Shown: positions 14,478 through 23,694 of the stretch, piece by piece
Layout: each line of letters starts with the position of its first letter
How positions within the stretch are numbered: the stretch's first letter is position 1
Assembly: GCA_964436845.1 (NCBI GenBank)
Contig: CAYTEF010000001.1
Location: 1 to 49,920, forward strand
Source: an uncultured Candidatus Saccharibacteria bacterium
GTDB taxonomy: Bacteria > Patescibacteriota > Minisyncoccia > 2-01-FULL-47-10 > JBBTYX01
DNA length: 49,920 bases
Reading direction: 5' to 3'
The notes under the pieces: generated by a model
The model's input: the letters and a program-made list of their open reading frames with translations, nothing else
Told to the model about the DNA's origin: nothing
The model's database searches: none
Position numbers and translations under genes: made by a program

Positions 14478-15186
14478 CGTCCATAAAGGAGACGAATTAT
14501 ATATAAGAGGGAGAAGGCTCACGGAAGTTATTGAAACATTCTCCTTTACCGAGGCGATTTTTTTCTTGATCAAGGGAACGTTTCCTTCAGGAAAAGAAAC
14601 GCGAATGCTTGACGCCATGCTTTGCGCCATGGTAGAGCATGGAATTGCGGCCCCTTCCACGTTTGTGGCGCGCACCGCGATTTCTGTGGGCAACACGTTT
14701 AATTCAGCCCTTGCCGCGGGGATTCTTGCCATTGGCGAACACCACGGCGGAGCGATTGAGAAATGCGCCTACTACCTTTCTCTTGATAAAAGTGCGGAAA
14801 ACATTGTGGATGAGGTATTGAATAAAGGTGAAAAACTTCCCGGATTCGGCCATAAAGTGTATAAAAATAAAGACCCGCGGGCAGAAATTCTTTTTACAAA
14901 AGCAAAGGCGCTGGGATTTAGCGGAACATTTGTCGCCCGAGCCCTCGCGCTGGAAAAAGAATTAAAGAGAAAAACAAATAAATTCCTCCCTATAAATATT
15001 GACGGCGCGGCTGCCGCGTTGATACTTGAGCTTGGATTTGACTGGAGGTTAGGCAAAGCATTCTTCGTTTTGGGACGCCTTCCGGGCTTAATCGCGCACG
15101 CGCACGAAGAATTAATAAGAGAGAAACCCTATAAAAGATTAGAAGAAAACGACATTGAATATGACGGCCCAAAACTTAAAACGTAA
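14455..15186 (+). CDS. Citrate synthase-like domain protein, short form (citryl-CoA lyase-like, 243 aa)
   Basis: EHHGGA, LPGFGHKVYKNKDPR and PINIDGAAA are citrate-synthase-family catalytic motifs. The size matches stand-alone citryl-CoA lyase and the ACLY C-terminal module. Confidence 0.75.
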   Translation: MKWRTSISVHKGDELYIRGRRLTEVIETFSFTEAIFFLIKGTFPSGKETRMLDAMLCAMVEHGIAAPSTFVARTAISVGNTFNSALAAGILAIGEHHGGAIEKCAYYLSLDKSAENIVDEVLNKGEKLPGFGHKVYKNKDPRAEILFTKAKALGFSGTFVARALALEKELKRKTNKFLPINIDGAAAALILELGFDWRLGKAFFVLGRLPGLIAHAHEELIREKPYKRLEENDIEYDGPKLKT

Positions 15187-16459
15187 TATTCTCACACGAA
15201 AAGCAAATGTTGCCGTGGTTGGACTAGGATACGTGGGGCTTCCCCTCAGCATCGCCTGCGCGAATGCCGGATTTAGGGTATTCGGGATTGGGAAGGATAA
15301 GGGGAAAATTGAAAAACTCAAGAAAGGTGAGAGCTATATCGGCGACGTCTCATCAGAGGAAGTGAAAAAGGCAATAGCGAAAAAACGATTTATCCCAAGC
15401 CTAGACGCGTCATCTCTTAAAAAAGCGGACATTATTCTTATTTGCGTTCCAACACCGCTTGATAAGTATAAAATCCCTGACGCAAGTTACATTGAAGAAG
15501 CAACAAAAACAATTGCTTCACACTTAAAAAGGGGCCAACTCGTTATACTGGAAAGTACCACCTACCCTTGCTGTACCGAAGAGTTAGTAAAGCCGCTCCT
15601 TGAACAAAGCGGCCTCAAAGCGGGAAATAATTTTTGGCTTGCGTTTTCCCCTGAACGCGTTGACCCGGGTAATACTTCCTATCCCCTTTCAAAAATTCCT
15701 AAAATCGTGGGGGGGATTGATAAACATTCAACAGATCTAGCGGCTCTTTTTTACGAACAATTTACTCCCAAACCCTTCAAGGTTTCCTCTCCGCGTGCCG
15801 CAGAAATGGCAAAACTTCTGGAAAATATTTTCCGGCTCGTAAATATTTCCCTTGTCAATGAGCTTTCCCTTCTCTGTGGGAAAATGGGCGTTGATATTTG
15901 GGAAGTAATTGAAGCGGCGAAAACAAAGCCGTATGGATTTATGCCCTTTTACCCTTCACCAAAAATTGGAGGACATTGTATTCCTTTAGATCCATTTTAC
16001 CTCTCCTGGAAGGCAAAAGAATATAACTTTTGGCCGCGCTTCATTGAACTGGCCGGAGAAATAAACGAACAAATGCCGCACTATGTGGTAACAAAAGTTA
16101 TCTCGGCGCTCAATGGTGTCAAGAAGTCGGTCAAGGGCTCAAAAATATTGATATGGGGAGTAACGTATAAAAAAGATATCGCCGACGAGCGGGAGTCCGG
16201 CGCATTTGAAATTATGTGGGACCTTGAAAGAAAAGGCGCAAAACTTGACTATTTTGATCCTTTTGTAAAAACCTTCACCGTTAACAAAAAATTGAGAAAA
16301 TCTATTTCCTATAAGCCAAGAATGCTTAAATCATACGACCTCGTTCTCATCCTTGCGGATCATTCAGGGTTTGATTACGAAGAACTTGCGCGCAATGCGG
16401 GGTTAGTAGTGGACACACGAAATGCGATTAAAGCGCGGCATTCTCATGTAATACGCTAA
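15155..16459 (+). CDS. wbpA: UDP-N-acetyl-D-glucosamine/mannosamine 6-dehydrogenase (WbpA/WecC family)
   Basis: Rossmann motif VAVVGLGYVGLP, ICVPTP, FSPERVDPGN and the catalytic Cys in GGHCIPLDP. The start is uncertain (15155 or 15161) and overlaps the upstream gene. Confidence 0.8.
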   Translation: MNMTAQNLKRNILTRKANVAVVGLGYVGLPLSIACANAGFRVFGIGKDKGKIEKLKKGESYIGDVSSEEVKKAIAKKRFIPSLDASSLKKADIILICVPTPLDKYKIPDASYIEEATKTIASHLKRGQLVILESTTYPCCTEELVKPLLEQSGLKAGNNFWLAFSPERVDPGNTSYPLSKIPKIVGGIDKHSTDLAALFYEQFTPKPFKVSSPRAAEMAKLLENIFRLVNISLVNELSLLCGKMGVDIWEVIEAAKTKPYGFMPFYPSPKIGGHCIPLDPFYLSWKAKEYNFWPRFIELAGEINEQMPHYVVTKVISALNGVKKSVKGSKILIWGVTYKKDIADERESGAFEIMWDLERKGAKLDYFDPFVKTFTVNKKLRKSISYKPRMLKSYDLVLILADHSGFDYEELARNAGLVVDTRNAIKARHSHVIR

Positions 16460-17154
16460 TGCAGTATAATAACGAACAAAAGCATACTCTCAAAGAAATT
16501 GAAGCGTACATAAAAGAACGCATGTCTTCGGCGGCTTCTGACGTGGAAGTAAAAACCCATGATTGGAAGCATGCCTTTCGCGTGAGAAACTGGGCATTGA
16601 AGATTGCGAAGGGCGAGAAATATGAAAATGCCTTTCTCCTTGAGGTCGCTTCTCTTTTGCACGATATTGGTAGATTGCAAGAGAAAGAATTAAAAAAACC
16701 TCATGCCTACGTGAGCGCTCTCATGGTAAAGGAGTATCTGACCCTTAAGAATTGGCTTTCCGATAGGGACTTACGTGATATTATTTACGCGATTGAGAAT
16801 CATTCGCGAGGAGGAAAAGGTTTGTTGGTTGCCATCTTACAGGATGCGGATCGTCTTGACGGACTTGGCGCTATAGGATTGATTCGCGGTATTCAACCCA
16901 AGTGGTATCTTCCTGATTACGATCCTCACGCGATTGTGAATCCTTTTAAAATGTCTCCCGAAGAGATTACCGATTTCTTTAGGGAAAATCCGCAAGGAGA
17001 GCTGGTATCCTACGCCGTTGATCATATCGCTTATCAGGCAACGTGGTATGACCGCATGAACACCAAAACCGGAAGAAAGCTGGGGAAACCGCTTGTTGAA
17101 TACACAGAAGCATTCCTCGCAGAGCTTAAGCGCGAAGCGGAAGGATCTTTCTGA
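16459..17154 (+). CDS. HD-domain phosphohydrolase
   Basis: THDWKHAFRV ... LLHDIGR ... DADRLD metal-binding pattern. TAATG overlap with the upstream stop. Confidence 0.75.
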   Translation: MQYNNEQKHTLKEIEAYIKERMSSAASDVEVKTHDWKHAFRVRNWALKIAKGEKYENAFLLEVASLLHDIGRLQEKELKKPHAYVSALMVKEYLTLKNWLSDRDLRDIIYAIENHSRGGKGLLVAILQDADRLDGLGAIGLIRGIQPKWYLPDYDPHAIVNPFKMSPEEITDFFRENPQGELVSYAVDHIAYQATWYDRMNTKTGRKLGKPLVEYTEAFLAELKREAEGSF

Positions 17155-17163
17155 ATTGCAAAG

Positions 17164-17211
17164 AAAAAACGCAGGGAGCATTAGATTGCTTTGCAATCAA
17201 CTTCCCTGCGT
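17164..17211. terminator. Intrinsic terminator between convergent genes
   Basis: ACGCAGGGA (17169-17177) pairs with TCCCTGCGT (17203-17211). The A6 run at 17164-17169 gives a U-tract on the minus strand, and TTTAT follows on the plus strand. Confidence 0.6.
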
Positions 17212-17243
17212 TTATAGCTCACCCATCCCACCTTGCCTGATCC

Positions 17244-17738
17244 TTATTCCATCTCAATTTTCTGGATTTCACCAAAGAGTCGAGCCATGAGGCCATTGAG
17301 CTCGGCTCTCGCTTTTTCCGTCCCCTTCTCTGCTTCAAGCCGTTTCACAACGGCCCTCAGATACGCTATCAGTTCATATCTTTCCCTTTTTGCCCCATCA
17401 CGTTTAGCTGGGGTGTCCGGAATAATCATTAAGGGCGAAAGGGACGCTTCCAGCGCTACGTGCCATTGCTCCAAAAGAATAAGGCGATTTCTTAAATCAT
17501 TGTCTCGCCTGTCAAAGAGCTGAGCTGCTCCCGTAAGATTGCCAGCGATCTTAGAAAGGTCAATTTCCCTTCCAACAAGCCCTCGGAGCGATTCCACCTC
17601 CTGTTTAAGTTTTTGGACTTCCTCTTTCAGCTGGCTTAATTCCTGTTGAGATTGTTGAGGTTCGCTTTGGGCAACACAAATCGAACTCAACAGGAGAAAC
17701 CCCAAAAAGACCATAGATCCTCGCCAAATCTGCCGCAT
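17244..17738 (-). CDS. Hypothetical secreted coiled-coil protein
   Basis: ATG 17738 is preceded by AGGAG (17750-17746). Signal-like MRQIWRGSMVFLGFLLLSSICVAQS is followed by heptad-like QQELSQLKEEVQKLKQEVESL. Confidence 0.65.
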   Translation of the reverse strand: MRQIWRGSMVFLGFLLLSSICVAQSEPQQSQQELSQLKEEVQKLKQEVESLRGLVGREIDLSKIAGNLTGAAQLFDRRDNDLRNRLILLEQWHVALEASLSPLMIIPDTPAKRDGAKRERYELIAYLRAVVKRLEAEKGTEKARAELNGLMARLFGEIQKIEME

Positions 17739-17806
17739 ATACTGTCTCCTTTCGTTGGTTGGTTGGGTGGGTAGGGTTATCAATTATATACATTAAATAA
17801 CGTTAG

Positions 17807-17858
17807 TTGTCAAGATAAAGAATTGTTGTTGACAAGTTTTGACCTCTTTTGATATACT
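17807..17858 (+). promoter_or_regulatory. Consensus-like promoter with an overlapping inverted repeat (candidate operator)
   Basis: TTGACA (17829-17834), an 18-nt spacer, then TATACT (17853-17858). The inverted repeat TTGTCAA (17807-17813) / TTGACAA (17829-17835) overlaps the -35 box. Confidence 0.6.
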
Positions 17859-18101
17859 ATGAATATGGTTAAACCAGAGGAAGTTTATACGCCAAAAGAA
17901 GCGCAGGAAATACTGAAAATAAGTTCAAGCACCCTTAAACGGCTCATCAAAAAGGGTTTGATTCGCGCCAATAAAATTGGCGGGCAATATCGTATCGTGG
18001 GCCACGAAATTTTGCGCATCCTCTCGCCTGCTATTGACGAAAAAGCGACAAACCTGTATCAAAGGTTGAAGCGGAAAACAAAACAATTACTTAACGAGTA
18101 A
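17859..18101 (+). CDS. Helix-turn-helix DNA-binding protein (excisionase/MerR-like HTH family)
   Basis: YTPKEAQEILKISSSTLKRLIKKGLIRANKIGGQYRI is a typical excisionase-family HTH. The second ATG at 17865 lies 7 nt after the -10 box and may be the real, leaderless start. Confidence 0.75.
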   Translation: MNMVKPEEVYTPKEAQEILKISSSTLKRLIKKGLIRANKIGGQYRIVGHEILRILSPAIDEKATNLYQRLKRKTKQLLNE

Positions 18102-18106
18102 CCTCT

Positions 18107-19090
18107 ATGCCTTCTAAAGGAAAAAAGCATGTGGCCCTCATAGGGGCAGGATATTGGGGGAAAAATTTACTTCGCGTATTTGATCAATTAGACGTACTTG
18201 ACACTATATGCGATATTGACCGTGCTCTGCTCGCTGAAAGGAAAAAAGCATATCCTCATCTAAGCATAACGCCCCAAATCTCTACGATCTTAAAGAATAG
18301 AAACATCACGAGCATAGCAATTGCAACTCCGGCAAAGACCCACTATGCCGTAGCAAAGAACGCCCTCAAGGCGGGAAAAGATGTCTTTGTTGAAAAACCC
18401 TTAGCACTCAATGTAAGCGAGGGTGAGGAATTGGTAGCCCTTGCCCGCGAAAAGAAAAGGGTCTTGATGGTAGGACACGTTCTATCATATCATCCAGCCG
18501 TCACTGCTTTAAAGACACTCGTTGAAAAAAACACGATTGGCAACATTCATCACATTTATTCCAATAGACTTAATTTGGGTAAGATAAGGACCGAAGAAAA
18601 TGTGCTTTGGTCATTTGCCCCTCACGATATATCTATCATTCTTGACCTCATGGGAATGCCCTTTCAAGTAAGGTCTATCGGGAAAAGTTATTTGCAAGAA
18701 AAGATTCATGATACGACCATAAGCTTTTTTGAGTTTGAGAATGGTAAGGCAGCCCATATTTTTGTTTCATGGCTCAATCCATTTAAAGAACAGCGCCTTT
18801 CCATTATTGCACAAAAGGCGATGGTGGTATTTAACGACCAGGCAGAGGATAAGCTTATTAAGTATAATCATTTTCTCAACGGCTCTGAAACTGTAAAAGG
18901 CATTGGTGAAGCCATCCCCATACCTTCTGAAGAACCTTTGCGAAATGAGGTCATGCACTTTTTGCATTGTATCCGGACTAGGAATACGCCAAAAACTGAC
19001 GGGAGGGAGGCATTAGCTGTTTTGAAAGTCTTAAACGCTTGTCAGGAATCTCTAGACCAGGATGGCAAAATTATATCTATATCCTTATGA
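18107..19090 (+). CDS. wbpB: Gfo/Idh/MocA oxidoreductase (WbpB-like UDP-GlcNAcA 3-dehydrogenase)
   Basis: [12 protein letters not shown] Rossmann motif and VFVEKPLA motif. It sits with WbpD, WbpE and WbpI-like genes. Confidence 0.75.
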   Translation: MPSKGKKHVALIGAGYWGKNLLRVFDQLDVLDTICDIDRALLAERKKAYPHLSITPQISTILKNRNITSIAIATPAKTHYAVAKNALKAGKDVFVEKPLALNVSEGEELVALAREKKRVLMVGHVLSYHPAVTALKTLVEKNTIGNIHHIYSNRLNLGKIRTEENVLWSFAPHDISIILDLMGMPFQVRSIGKSYLQEKIHDTTISFFEFENGKAAHIFVSWLNPFKEQRLSIIAQKAMVVFNDQAEDKLIKYNHFLNGSETVKGIGEAIPIPSEEPLRNEVMHFLHCIRTRNTPKTDGREALAVLKVLNACQESLDQDGKIISISL

Positions 19091-19671
19091 AAACCTACTG
19101 GGCTCATAAAACCGCGGAAATTCAAACACCCGTTTCTATAGGAAAGGGAACCCGTGTTTGGCACCATGCTCAAATTATGAAAGGCGCGCACATAGGAGAG
19201 GAGTGCACTATTGGACACAACTGTTTTGTCGCTTCCCGCGTGGTATTGGGCAGGGGGGTAAAAATTGAATCAAATGTGGATGTGTGGGACCTTGTAACGT
19301 TAGAAGACTATGTCTTTGTTGGGCCATCCGCGGTATTCACCAATGATCCAAATCCAAGGGCAAAGTATCCAAAATCACATTTCCCCGAGTACGGCAAATG
19401 GCTTCCTACGGTTGTCAGAGAGGGAACTTCCATAGGAGCAAACGCGACGATTGTTTGCGGAAACACCATTGGAAAGTGGGCTATGGTAGGTGCGGGTGCC
19501 GTTGTTACGAAGGATGTACCGGATTATGCGATAGTCGTTGGCGTACCGGCGCGAGTTTCTGGATGGATTTGCGAATGCGGCAACGCCCTTTCATTCAAAA
19601 ACGAAAAAGCAAAATGTAAAATATGCAAACGTTCATATAAAAAGAAGGGAACGCGGGTATGGAATTCTTAG
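19087..19671 (+). CDS. wbpD: Hexapeptide-repeat N-acetyltransferase (WbpD-like)
   Basis: Left-handed beta-helix repeats ([32 protein letters not shown]). C-terminal Cys pairs WICECG...CKICK. ATGA overlap with the wbpB-like stop, so ATG 19087 is preferred over 19039. Confidence 0.75.
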   Translation: MKTYWAHKTAEIQTPVSIGKGTRVWHHAQIMKGAHIGEECTIGHNCFVASRVVLGRGVKIESNVDVWDLVTLEDYVFVGPSAVFTNDPNPRAKYPKSHFPEYGKWLPTVVREGTSIGANATIVCGNTIGKWAMVGAGAVVTKDVPDYAIVVGVPARVSGWICECGNALSFKNEKAKCKICKRSYKKKGTRVWNS

Positions 19672-20762
19672 ATCTTAAAGCGCAATATAAGTCATTACAA
19701 AAAGAGATTGACGGAAGTATTAAGAAGGTTATAAGGGATGGGATATTTATCGGGGGGCCGCACGTAGAAGAATTTGAAAACAGAATGGCCCAACTCTCTG
19801 GCGTACCTTACGCTCTCGGACTGAATTCCGGTACGGACGCCCTTTTGCTCTCGCTAAGAGCATTGGACATTAAAGGGGGGGACGAGGTCATCACCACCCC
19901 CTTTAGCTTCATTGCAACCGCGGAAGTTATTCTTGTCCTTTCGGCAAAGCCTGTTTTTGTTGATATTGATCCTGATACATTCACCATTGACCCCAAGCAA
20001 ATAGAGCAAAAGATCACAAAGCGAACAAAAACCATAATTCCCGTCCATCTTTTTGGCCCAATGGCTGAAATGGATTCCATCATGAAGCTGGCCAGAAAAT
20101 ATGAGCTCTATGTCATTGAAGACGCGGCGCAAGCAATTGGCGCTACCTATAAGGAGAAAACGGCAGGATCAATAGGGGATGCGGGATGTTTCAGCTTCTT
20201 CCCTTCAAAAAATCTTGGAGGATTTGGCGACGGGGGGATGATTACCACAAAACATAAGCGCCTATCCCAAGCCGTGAGGCTTTTGCGAAACCATGGATCG
20301 TCTCCAAAAGAAAAATACATCAATATCGCGTTAGGCACGAATTCCCGACTGGATGCGCTTCAGGCAGCGATATTAAACGTCAAAATAGGACATCTCAAAG
20401 AATGGAATGCCAAACGCATGGAGCGCGCCATTTTTTACAACACACTGCTTGGCAAGATAGCTTGTATCAAAACCCCCTTCATACCTTCTTCAAGTACTCA
20501 TATATTTCACCAATATACCATAAGGGCGGAAAAGAGAGACAATCTTAAAGAATATCTGAAACAAAAAGGAATTCCCACCATGATATACTATCCTTTGGGA
20601 TTACACCTTCAACCCGTATTTCAGCATCTTGGATATAAAAAAGGTGATTTTCCTGAAGCAGAAAAAGCATCCCGGGAAGTATTGAGTCTGCCGATTTATC
20701 CGGAGCTCGCAAAGAAAGATCAGTCCATTATTTCAGAGCATATTAAACGATTTTATTCATGA
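19659..20762 (+). CDS. wbpE: DegT/DnrJ/EryC1 PLP-dependent sugar aminotransferase (WbpE-like)
   Basis: The Schiff-base Lys motif [20 protein letters not shown] and the overall family pattern. Confidence 0.8.
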   Translation: MEFLDLKAQYKSLQKEIDGSIKKVIRDGIFIGGPHVEEFENRMAQLSGVPYALGLNSGTDALLLSLRALDIKGGDEVITTPFSFIATAEVILVLSAKPVFVDIDPDTFTIDPKQIEQKITKRTKTIIPVHLFGPMAEMDSIMKLARKYELYVIEDAAQAIGATYKEKTAGSIGDAGCFSFFPSKNLGGFGDGGMITTKHKRLSQAVRLLRNHGSSPKEKYINIALGTNSRLDALQAAILNVKIGHLKEWNAKRMERAIFYNTLLGKIACIKTPFIPSSSTHIFHQYTIRAEKRDNLKEYLKQKGIPTMIYYPLGLHLQPVFQHLGYKKGDFPEAEKASREVLSLPIYPELAKKDQSIISEHIKRFYS

Positions 20763-21829
20763 ATGTCGCCATCATAATAGGAGTCCGCCCAAACTTCATA
20801 AAAATTGCTCCCCTCATTGAGGAAATGAAGCATCATCGCGGCATAAAAGCTACCGTCATCCATACCGGACAGCATTACGATGTGCAAATGTCGGAAATAT
20901 TTTTTAAGGAGCTCCGCATCCCCAAGCCAGATTACAACCTGGGGGTGGGATCGGAGAGTCATGCCATGCAGACAGCAAAAATCATGGAACGCCTGGAGCC
21001 AGTCTTATTACGGCTCCGTGCGGACTGGCTACTTGTAATGGGGGATGTTAATTCCACCCTTGCCGGGGCTTTAGTCGCCTCTAAGATAGGATTGCCCATC
21101 GGGCACATTGAGGCAGGCATGCGAAGCTTTAATAAACGCATGCCTGAAGAAATTAATCGCATCGTAACCGATCACCTTTCTTCTCTCCTTTTTTGCCCCA
21201 CGAAAACTTCCGTTGCCAATTTAAGAAAAGAGGGAATTACCAAAGGAGTATATTATACGGGCGACATCATGTGCGACGCATTCTTGCGGAACATAGCGCT
21301 TGGCAAGGAAAAATCAAATATCCTCAAAAAATTACAGGTCAAACCGAAGGAATATTTTCTTTTAACCGTTCACCGGGCGCAAAATACCGAGGGTATCAAG
21401 CAAATAAAAAGTATTCTGCAAGCATTGAAAGGGGTCAGTGAACGAATAATTTTTCCGGTTCATCCGCGGACGAAAAAGCAAATGTCTCGTTTATCTCTTT
21501 TCACCTCGCGAATGCCGCATCTTATGCTCATTGATCCCTTAAGCTACCTTGACATGCTTTTTCTTGAAGCAAATGCGAAAAAAATCCTCACCGATAGCGG
21601 CGGGGTGCAAAAGGAAGCCTACTGGGCCGGCATCCCCTGTATTACCCTGCGAGAGGAAACCGAATGGGTGGAGAGTCTGCGGGGCGGGTGGAATTGCCTA
21701 GTCGGGAATGACCCGCAACGCATCTTAGAAGCAATCCAAAATCCCTTCCCCAAAACAAGGCGGAAAAATTACTTTGGCAATGGAAAAACGGCACAGAAAA
21801 TCATTAAACTTTTAGAGGAGAAAATGTAA
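20759..21829 (+). CDS. wbpI: UDP-N-acetylglucosamine 2-epimerase, non-hydrolysing (WecB/WbpI-like)
   Basis: GVRPNFIKIAPL, HTGQHYD, VMGDVNSTLAGAL, HIEAGMRSF and PEEINR motifs. Confidence 0.82.
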   Translation: MNVAIIIGVRPNFIKIAPLIEEMKHHRGIKATVIHTGQHYDVQMSEIFFKELRIPKPDYNLGVGSESHAMQTAKIMERLEPVLLRLRADWLLVMGDVNSTLAGALVASKIGLPIGHIEAGMRSFNKRMPEEINRIVTDHLSSLLFCPTKTSVANLRKEGITKGVYYTGDIMCDAFLRNIALGKEKSNILKKLQVKPKEYFLLTVHRAQNTEGIKQIKSILQALKGVSERIIFPVHPRTKKQMSRLSLFTSRMPHLMLIDPLSYLDMLFLEANAKKILTDSGGVQKEAYWAGIPCITLREETEWVESLRGGWNCLVGNDPQRILEAIQNPFPKTRRKNYFGNGKTAQKIIKLLEEKM

Positions 21830-21836
21830 AGGTGTT

Positions 21837-22973
21837 ATGAAGAAACAAACTCTCACGATTGCCTATTTAGCAGACGCTTCAAGTATCCACACAAGGCGAT
21901 GGGTAAATTATTTCGCAAAGCGCGGCCATGCGGTTCACCTCCTCTCATTTGCCAAGCCAACGAGCGGTTTGGACGCAAGCGTTCATCTTCATATTCTGAA
22001 AAATAGAATACCCATCTCCGTAAGAAATTTTACTTACTTCCTCAACCTTATTCCCAATATTTTCCAAATCAAAAAAACGCTTGAAGCGATTCGCCCCGAC
22101 CTCCTCCACGCCCATGAAGCGGTCAACTACGGAAGGTTTGCCGTATTAGCTCAATTTCATCCCCTCATTATAACCCCCTGGGGTACGGATATTTTCATCA
22201 AGTCGGCATTCCGCCTTCAAAGACCCATTACAAAATTTACTCTTCGGAGGGCCGACCTTATCACCTGCGATGGCAAGAATACGCGCCAAGAAATGATGAA
22301 AAAATTTGGCATTTCCCCCGAGAAGATAACCCTGATTCGCTTCGGCATTGACACAAAAAAGTTTAGACGGATGCCTAAAGATGAAAAGCTCAAAAAAAAG
22401 CTGAATATCACTGATGAAAAGGTAGTCATAAGCCTGCGAAGTCTTGCCAGAAGCCATGGAGTGGCAACGCTTATTGAAGCAATTCCCCGTATAGTAAAAG
22501 ATATTCCCCGTGTGAAATTTCTCATAGCGGGAGACCCTTCCTACGATCCCGAATATATGGAAAAAATAAAAAAATTAGTTTCCTCGCTCCGAATAAAAGA
22601 TGCCGTTATCTTCCTCGGACACGTCTCAAACGAGAAACTCCCTTCCTATCTCAACCTTGCTGACCTTTATATTTCCACCGCCCTTTCCGACAGCGGACTT
22701 TCCTCAAGCACCGCCGAAGCAATGGCGTGCGAACTTCCGGTAATTCTTAGCGATTCGGGCGATAATAACCAATGGGTGCAAAATGGCAAAGGAGGGTTTA
22801 TTGTCCCCTGCGAAGACCACCGGGCCCTTGCAGTAAAAATCATTGAAACACTCAAGACAGAAAGCGCGCGAGAAATTTACGGCGCAATGAATAGAAAAGC
22901 CATTGAAGAAAAAAATGATTACGATAAAGAGATGGCAAAAATGGAAAAACTTTACTATGACATCGCAGCTTAA
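21837..22973 (+). CDS. Glycosyltransferase, GT4-like (GT-B fold)
   Basis: C-terminal E-x7-E-like region SSSTAEAMACELPVILSD and typical GT4 length. Confidence 0.7.
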   Translation: MKKQTLTIAYLADASSIHTRRWVNYFAKRGHAVHLLSFAKPTSGLDASVHLHILKNRIPISVRNFTYFLNLIPNIFQIKKTLEAIRPDLLHAHEAVNYGRFAVLAQFHPLIITPWGTDIFIKSAFRLQRPITKFTLRRADLITCDGKNTRQEMMKKFGISPEKITLIRFGIDTKKFRRMPKDEKLKKKLNITDEKVVISLRSLARSHGVATLIEAIPRIVKDIPRVKFLIAGDPSYDPEYMEKIKKLVSSLRIKDAVIFLGHVSNEKLPSYLNLADLYISTALSDSGLSSSTAEAMACELPVILSDSGDNNQWVQNGKGGFIVPCEDHRALAVKIIETLKTESAREIYGAMNRKAIEEKNDYDKEMAKMEKLYYDIAA

Positions 22974-23694
22974 ATCATATATCAAACGCCTACTTGAAAC
23001 ATACGTCATCGGAACGCGATGGAACGAATACCGCTGGGCAACGATGCACGAGCGTAACGCCAGCGACTGGGGCAGCCACTCCTCACAAAATCAGGAGAGC
23101 TGGGTTATGGAATATTGGAATTCGCGAACCCATCCCCATCGCGCATTGCTTGTTGAAACCATTGCGCAATTCTCCCCTTCAACGATTCTTGAGATTGGTT
23201 CGCATTGCGGGCCTAATTTATATCTCCTTGCAAAACTGCTCCCCCATGCCAAGCTCGTAGGAACCGACATAAATAAAGAAGCCGTTCAAATGGGCAGAAA
23301 GCTCTTTGCAAAAGAAGCTATGAAAAATGTCACATTCCTTCATAAAAAAGCCGACGATCTTCGGTCGTTTGCGGATAAAAGCTTTGATGTTGTCTTTACC
23401 GATGCCGTCCTTATCTATATCGGCCCGGACAAAATAACATCAATCGCCAAAGAAATGCTGCGCGTGGCGAGGAAAGCTCTTGTACTTCTTGAATGGCAAT
23501 GTAAAATCACAGAAGCGGACCCTGAAGGACGGGGAATCTATTACGGCAGCAGATGGAAAAGAAATTATAGGAATCTTTTTCAGGACCTTGTCCCCAAAAA
23601 AAATATAACGTTAAAGAAAATATCAAAAGAGGTCTGGCCGGATAATAACTGGAGCACCTTGGGAAATCTTATCATAATAAAGAAGCCCTCATGA
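22957..23694 (+). CDS. Class I SAM-dependent methyltransferase
   Basis: Motif I ILEIGSHCGPNL, followed by VGTDIN and DVVFTDAVLIY. ATG 22957 is preferred over 22903. Confidence 0.7.
   Translation: MTSQLKSYIKRLLETYVIGTRWNEYRWATMHERNASDWGSHSSQNQESWVMEYWNSRTHPHRALLVETIAQFSPSTILEIGSHCGPNLYLLAKLLPHAKLVGTDINKEAVQMGRKLFAKEAMKNVTFLHKKADDLRSFADKSFDVVFTDAVLIYIGPDKITSIAKEMLRVARKALVLLEWQCKITEADPEGRGIYYGSRWKRNYRNLFQDLVPKKNITLKKISKEVWPDNNWSTLGNLIIIKKPS

Noticed and set aside
17156-17211. A possible H-type pseudoknot. TTGCAAAG (17157-17164) would pair with CTTTGCAA (17189-17196), interleaved with the ACGCAGGGA/TCCCTGCGT stem.
   Set aside because: The topology is compatible with a pseudoknot. However, the element sits between two convergent stop codons and has an A6/T-tract, so an ordinary bidirectional terminator is the simpler explanation.
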